A stretch of 64,000 nucleotides of DNA from Candidatus Sumerlaeales bacterium (lineage in GTDB: Bacteria; Sumerlaeota; Sumerlaeia; Sumerlaeales; Sumerlaeaceae), in NCBI GenBank assembly GCA_038243585.1, contig JBBSQY010000005.1, forward strand, positions 37,401 to 101,400, written 5' to 3'. Position numbers and translations under genes: made by a program. The notes under the pieces were generated by a model. That model saw only the letters and a list, made by a program, of their open reading frames with translations, searched no databases and was not told where the DNA came from. Positions 59,985 through 64,000 of this stretch are shown here, in pieces (position 1 is the first letter of the stretch; each line of letters opens with the position of its first letter).

Positions 59985-61835
59985 TTACTGCACTTCCTGG
60001 TTGGTGATCTTGCGCAGTTTGGTTACCAGTTGCACTCGGGCCTGTCCGCCCGGCGACCGATCCACCGCCTCACCATACATAACCCTCGCCCCGTCTAGGT
60101 TACGACTGCGAAAAAAAAAATCACCTAGTGATTCCCAACGCACTGGATTGGAGTAATCCATTTCTACTGCCTGCACTAAAAGTCCTTCCGTCTGCCCGGA
60201 CATATTGTTGTTTTCCATCTGTTGCACAGCCTGTGTCATTGCAGTCTGTGCCAGATTCGCATCTGCCGCAGTCGGTGCAGCGTTCAGCTTTCGTTGAAGA
60301 TTCTGAATGGTATTAGTGGTAATGGCCGATCTTGCTAAATTGGGGGACAGATTGCTTGCCGCTTTTAGATAAGCCAGAGCCAGCGCTCGTTCCTGTTTGT
60401 CCAAATGGTAAAATGCCTGCTTATAGCGAAGCTCCGCCAACGCCGCCAACTCGCTTACCGGGAGCCGCTCTGTCAACGTTTGCAATTCTCGATTTACCCG
60501 TTCAGCTTGTACATCGGGATATTTTTGATGAAACTGTGCCCATAGATTTCGAGCCTTGACGATCTCGTTCGCTTCTACATATCGATCCGCTTCTGCGTCT
60601 ACAGCTTCAATTCTTTCTGTGGACGAAATTCCGCCGGCAGCTGGGTCAGACATATCAGCTAAACGCGAATCAGACCGCCTGAGCCATAGAACCAGGATAA
60701 TCAAAAGAACTACAGCAGCAATAACTAAGCCCCCAAACACCATCAGGCTGAGCCGAAAACTTTGAGTCGGGTCATCACTGTTCATTCCGGAATTCGGAGT
60801 GCGAAAATCCGCATCCAGTTCCGGTATTGAGCCCTCCCGCAACGGCGTCATATTTGAATTCGTATCGAAGCGCATCTCACTTGCCGCTCTGCTGAAGTCG
60901 GTGCTGCTCCCACTATCCAGTGCATCCGGTTCCGTCACGGTCCCATAATCCTGCCGGGCCATTTTTTGAGTCGCGCCAGCGAACCGTTCATCTGCATCGG
61001 TACCCAGGCGCACGGGGGTTTTCGTACCCAAGACCTGATCCAACGCCTCCGCCATCTCCGTCCCGGTAAGATAGCGATTGGGCTTTTGTTTTTCCAACGC
61101 CTTCAGGATTACAGCTTCTACAGCAGGAGAAATAGAGCTGTTGAGCTTCGACGGCAATTCTGGCTGCTCATATAGATGACGAGTGGCCACAGAAATGGCA
61201 TTTTCTCCATCAAAGGGCGGACGTCCCGCCAGACAATAATACATACAGATCCCAAGACTGTAAAGGTCAGTCTGACCATCTACATTACGCCCAGTCACCT
61301 GTTCCGGGCTCATAAATTTCGGAGTGCCCATGCTGATACCCGTCTGAGTTTTCAGCTTGCTATCCGCCAGTCGCGCGATTCCAAAATCCATCACCTTAGC
61401 CACACCTTTAGGCGTAACATGGATATTGTCCGGCTTAATGTCTCGATGGATAATGCCGCGGCTGTGCGCGTAAGCCAGCGCTCGTCCCACCTGCGCGCCA
61501 ATCCCCACCACTTCCTGCTCAGGCAGTGTTACATCCCGATCAATCTTAGCCTGCAGATTCTCACCATCCACAAACTCCATGATAATGCAAAACGTATTAT
61601 TATGGGGCTCAATATCATGCACTTGAACGATATTCGGATGGTTAAGCCGCGCTACAACCGTGGCCTCCTGCTGAAACCTGGCGCGAAACTCCGGATCAGA
61701 CGCCAATTCCTCGCTAAGCATCTTAATGGCAACTATACGGTCCAAGTTCGTCTGTCGGGCCTTATAGACCGTACCCATTCCCCCCCGACCAATCGTCTCC
61801 ATAACTTCGTATTTTCCGGCGATTATTTCAGACAT
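59985..61835 (-). CDS. Membrane Hanks-type Ser/Thr kinase with an extracytoplasmic TPR-like domain
   Basis: [21 protein letters not shown] and [10 protein letters not shown]; one TM helix; helical C-terminus with no PASTA repeats. Confidence 0.92.
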   Translation of the reverse strand: MSEIIAGKYEVMETIGRGGMGTVYKARQTNLDRIVAIKMLSEELASDPEFRARFQQEATVVARLNHPNIVQVHDIEPHNNTFCIIMEFVDGENLQAKIDRDVTLPEQEVVGIGAQVGRALAYAHSRGIIHRDIKPDNIHVTPKGVAKVMDFGIARLADSKLKTQTGISMGTPKFMSPEQVTGRNVDGQTDLYSLGICMYYCLAGRPPFDGENAISVATRHLYEQPELPSKLNSSISPAVEAVILKALEKQKPNRYLTGTEMAEALDQVLGTKTPVRLGTDADERFAGATQKMARQDYGTVTEPDALDSGSSTDFSRAASEMRFDTNSNMTPLREGSIPELDADFRTPNSGMNSDDPTQSFRLSLMVFGGLVIAAVVLLIILVLWLRRSDSRLADMSDPAAGGISSTERIEAVDAEADRYVEANEIVKARNLWAQFHQKYPDVQAERVNRELQTLTERLPVSELAALAELRYKQAFYHLDKQERALALAYLKAASNLSPNLARSAITTNTIQNLQRKLNAAPTAADANLAQTAMTQAVQQMENNNMSGQTEGLLVQAVEMDYSNPVRWESLGDFFFRSRNLDGARVMYGEAVDRSPGGQARVQLVTKLRKITNQEVQ

Positions 61836-62087
61836 GCCCTCGGCGTTTCCAGATTCAAAAATAGGGATTTACTAACATACAGGCAACTTCATAAACCGTT
61901 ACCGACATAAGTCCAAGAACATTTTCCATACCAGTTCAGCTTTAAAAGAAAACCAACAGGGATATACGCAAAAAAAATATATTCCCTGCCGCTCGCACTG
62001 GTCAAGCCAGACAGCACGGGAAGATCGACCTATGAAGAAGTGAATGCAATATTAGAACCCCGGTATGTAACGGCCGCACTACCAAGG

Positions 62088-62164
62088 GCCCGGTTCGTCT
62101 AGCGGTTCAGGACATCGCCCTCTCACGGCGAAGATCACGGGTTCGAATCCCGTACCGGGTACCA
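62088..62164 (+). tRNA. tRNA-Glu (anticodon CUC)
   Basis: GCCCGGT/ACCGGGT acceptor, TCGCC-CT-CTC-AC-GGCGA, TTCGAAT, encoded CCA; 77 nt. Confidence 0.96.
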
Positions 62165-62184
62165 CCTTCCCCCTTTCTGAAAAT

Positions 62185-62238
62185 CTATTGCCAGGCCTGG
62201 CGGAATAGTTCCGTCCGAAACCATTTCAGAGCGGACGG
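62185..62238 (+). terminator. Two hairpins after tRNA-Glu
   Basis: CTATT-GCCA-ggcc-TGGC-gg-AATAG and CCGTCCG...CGGACGG. Confidence 0.4.
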
Positions 62239-62741
62239 TTGTGTCTGTCGGCCCCCGAGAGGATCATGCGCAATATTGGTGATTCAATAGGCTGGATTTG
62301 ATGCCTCCCAAGCGATAGGTTTGTGCCTGTTCCACTTTATCTTTTTCTAAAATAACTATTTTCCGAGAGTTCTTTTGGAGATTTATTTGCGGCGTAATGT
62401 CTTTGCTTTCAAAGAGCGGGATAATTAAATAATTACGCCCCCCCATCATGTTTTGTTAGCTGGGTCGGCTGGATTTTACGTGGACGTTCGGAGATTGTTT
62501 TCAGGATCTGACTTACCCATTAAATGCGTAGCGGCAAGGTGTAGGAACTCGCGCCAAAATAAGGGCCTTGGCCGGCTGCAGCGGAATTTTCAAAGAACAG
62601 AAATAAGAACCGGGTAATTTGTGGGGGAACGCGAAGGGGCTGGCTATTCCCGTATGGGATCTTAGAGAGGAAATTTACGTTAGGGATGACCGCTTTCACA
62701 CTGTGTTATGAAACTGTGCCGAATTATCGGACAGTAGTAAA

Positions 62742-63617
62742 TTAGGGATTAGTAGTATTTGGGATTTGGTTAGACAGTGTTTCAAATTCCATTGGTGATT
62801 TTCCGCCGAGGCTCATGTGGATGCGCCGGGGATTGTAGAAGGCTTCAACGAAGTCGAAAACCTTGAGTTCGGCCTTGCGCCTTGTGCTGACTGGGTAGAG
62901 ATTAAATTCCTCCGTCTTTAGAGTGGCAAAAAAGCTTTCCATTGCGGCGTTGTCGTAGCAGTTGCCTTTGCGGCTCATGCTGGCGGTGATGCCTGCCTGG
63001 GTCAGTGATGCGCGGTACGAGCGGCTGGCGTATTGGCAACCGCGGTCGGAGTGGTGAATAAGTCCAGGAGCGGTTCCCCGCAGCGCGATAGCCCTCTCGA
63101 GCGCCTTTGTGACAAGAGGCGTTTCCAGACTCTCGCTGGTGGCCCAACCGACGACCCTTCGCGAGTAAAGGTCCATGACAACGGCCAGATAATGCCATCC
63201 CTGCCGCGTCGGAAGGTAGGTGATGTCGCTGACCCAGGCCTGGTTGGGAGCGCCTGGACGGGGGATTTGCCCCAGATAGTTGGGAGCCGTGGCCAGAGCG
63301 GGATCGGTCACCGTTGTGCCGCTTCGCCGCCACTGGCGCTTGTTTCGCGCCTTTAATCCCTCGTCGCGCATGAGGCGGCCAATGCGCCGCCGGCCGCAGC
63401 GAACGCCTTCGCGTCCCAGCTCTATGCGGATTCTCGGCGTGCCGTAGGTGCCGCGGCTTTTTTCAAAAGACTTCCGGATTTTTGGTTTAAGCTCCGTGTC
63501 GCCTTTTCGCCGTGGCCTTTCCGGCTTGTTCTTGTCGGCGTAATAGCCGCTTCGGCTCACCCCCAAAGCCTGGCACGCCGCCTGTACCGGATAGTTTTCA
63601 GCCACCTGCTCGATCAA
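62742..63617 (-). CDS. IS3 transposase OrfB (DDE integrase core)
   Basis: YG.PRI, WVSDITY, DLYSR, HSDRG.QY, CYDNA.MESFF..LK and YN..R.H. Confidence 0.95.
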   Translation of the reverse strand: MIEQVAENYPVQAACQALGVSRSGYYADKNKPERPRRKGDTELKPKIRKSFEKSRGTYGTPRIRIELGREGVRCGRRRIGRLMRDEGLKARNKRQWRRSGTTVTDPALATAPNYLGQIPRPGAPNQAWVSDITYLPTRQGWHYLAVVMDLYSRRVVGWATSESLETPLVTKALERAIALRGTAPGLIHHSDRGCQYASRSYRASLTQAGITASMSRKGNCYDNAAMESFFATLKTEEFNLYPVSTRRKAELKVFDFVEAFYNPRRIHMSLGGKSPMEFETLSNQIPNTTNP

Positions 63618-63946
63618 CTCAAACCGCCGCGATCTTTGTCCTCGCGCGAGCAGATGGCCAATGCTTTTTTTAAGATGTCACGCTCGCGCTCGGTGTGGGT
63701 CAGGCGCCGGCGCAGCTCTTTCAACTCGGCCAGTTCTGCCTGAGCCGCATGTGGACTTTTGTCGGATTGTTCCTGGTGTCCGTCGCGGCTTCGGTATTTG
63801 CCTCGCCAGCGCTCCAGCGTCTTGTACGGAATGCCAAGATCGCCGGCGACCTCAGCCATCGGGCGTCCGCTCGCCTCCAACAGTTCAACGGCGCTGCGCT
63901 TAAACTCATCGTCGTAGCGCTTGTAGGGTTTATAGTTTGCGTCCAT
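63614..63946 (-). CDS. IS3 transposase OrfA (HTH plus leucine zipper)
   Basis: YDDEFKRSAV, VAGDLGI...TL.RW and ERDILKKA. Confidence 0.93.
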   Translation of the reverse strand: MDANYKPYKRYDDEFKRSAVELLEASGRPMAEVAGDLGIPYKTLERWRGKYRSRDGHQEQSDKSPHAAQAELAELKELRRRLTHTERERDILKKALAICSREDKDRGGLS

Positions 63947-64000
63947 GTTACGCTCCTGTATTCCCCTAATACAACTGTCCGCAGAATCGGATCAGGTTCA

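Larger units (their letters stand above)
62709..64000 (-). mobile_element. IS3-family insertion sequence, 1292 bp, apparently complete
   Basis: Imperfect terminal inverted repeats TGAAACTGTGCCGAATTATCGGACAGTAGT and TGAACCTGATCCGATTCTGCGGACAGTTGT with 5'-TG...CA-3' ends; orfA/orfB layout. Confidence 0.93.

Noticed and set aside
62264..62449. 61-aa ORF after tRNA-Glu
   Set aside because: No recognisable motif or clear SD; could be a gene remnant but is unsupported.
62645..62662. TTCCCGTATGGGAT as an att copy of the tRNA 3' end
   Set aside because: Only about 7 nt match and no integrase is nearby.

Overview
Bacterial chromosomal window of roughly 50% GC by eye; the taxon cannot be assigned from sequence alone. 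It is mostly housekeeping: dacB, MqnP-like UbiA, recF, clpC, clpX, lon, thrS, coaBC, pilB, rnd, pilT, PII, purL, sppA, lipA, lipB, mnmG, fabI, purK, purE, a Ser/Thr kinase, tRNA-Arg(UCU) and tRNA-Glu(CUC). It ends in a complete IS3-family element. Interspersed are cell-surface and glycan loci: three GT-C-like membrane glycosyltransferases, a CBM9-like protein, a glycosidase-propeller/SGNH fusion and a large Ig-repeat surface protein. The most interesting items are four. (1) A two-gene radical-SAM/HhH plus DUF4130-UdgX cassette of unknown function sits behind a GAAC-N4-GTTC LexA-type box, and its UdgX domain has Glu where the uracil-pocket Asn normally lies. (2) A translationally coupled five-gene operon joins a His-less GAF-GAF pseudokinase and an AAA-less REC-Fis regulator to a GT4 and a FemAB-like GNAT. 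(3) The thrS leader has CGU-looped hairpins resembling a tRNA-Thr-mimic operator. (4) A catalytically degenerate GlgC paralog (GlgD-like) has no glg neighbours. All family calls come from motif recognition by eye; no database searches were run.
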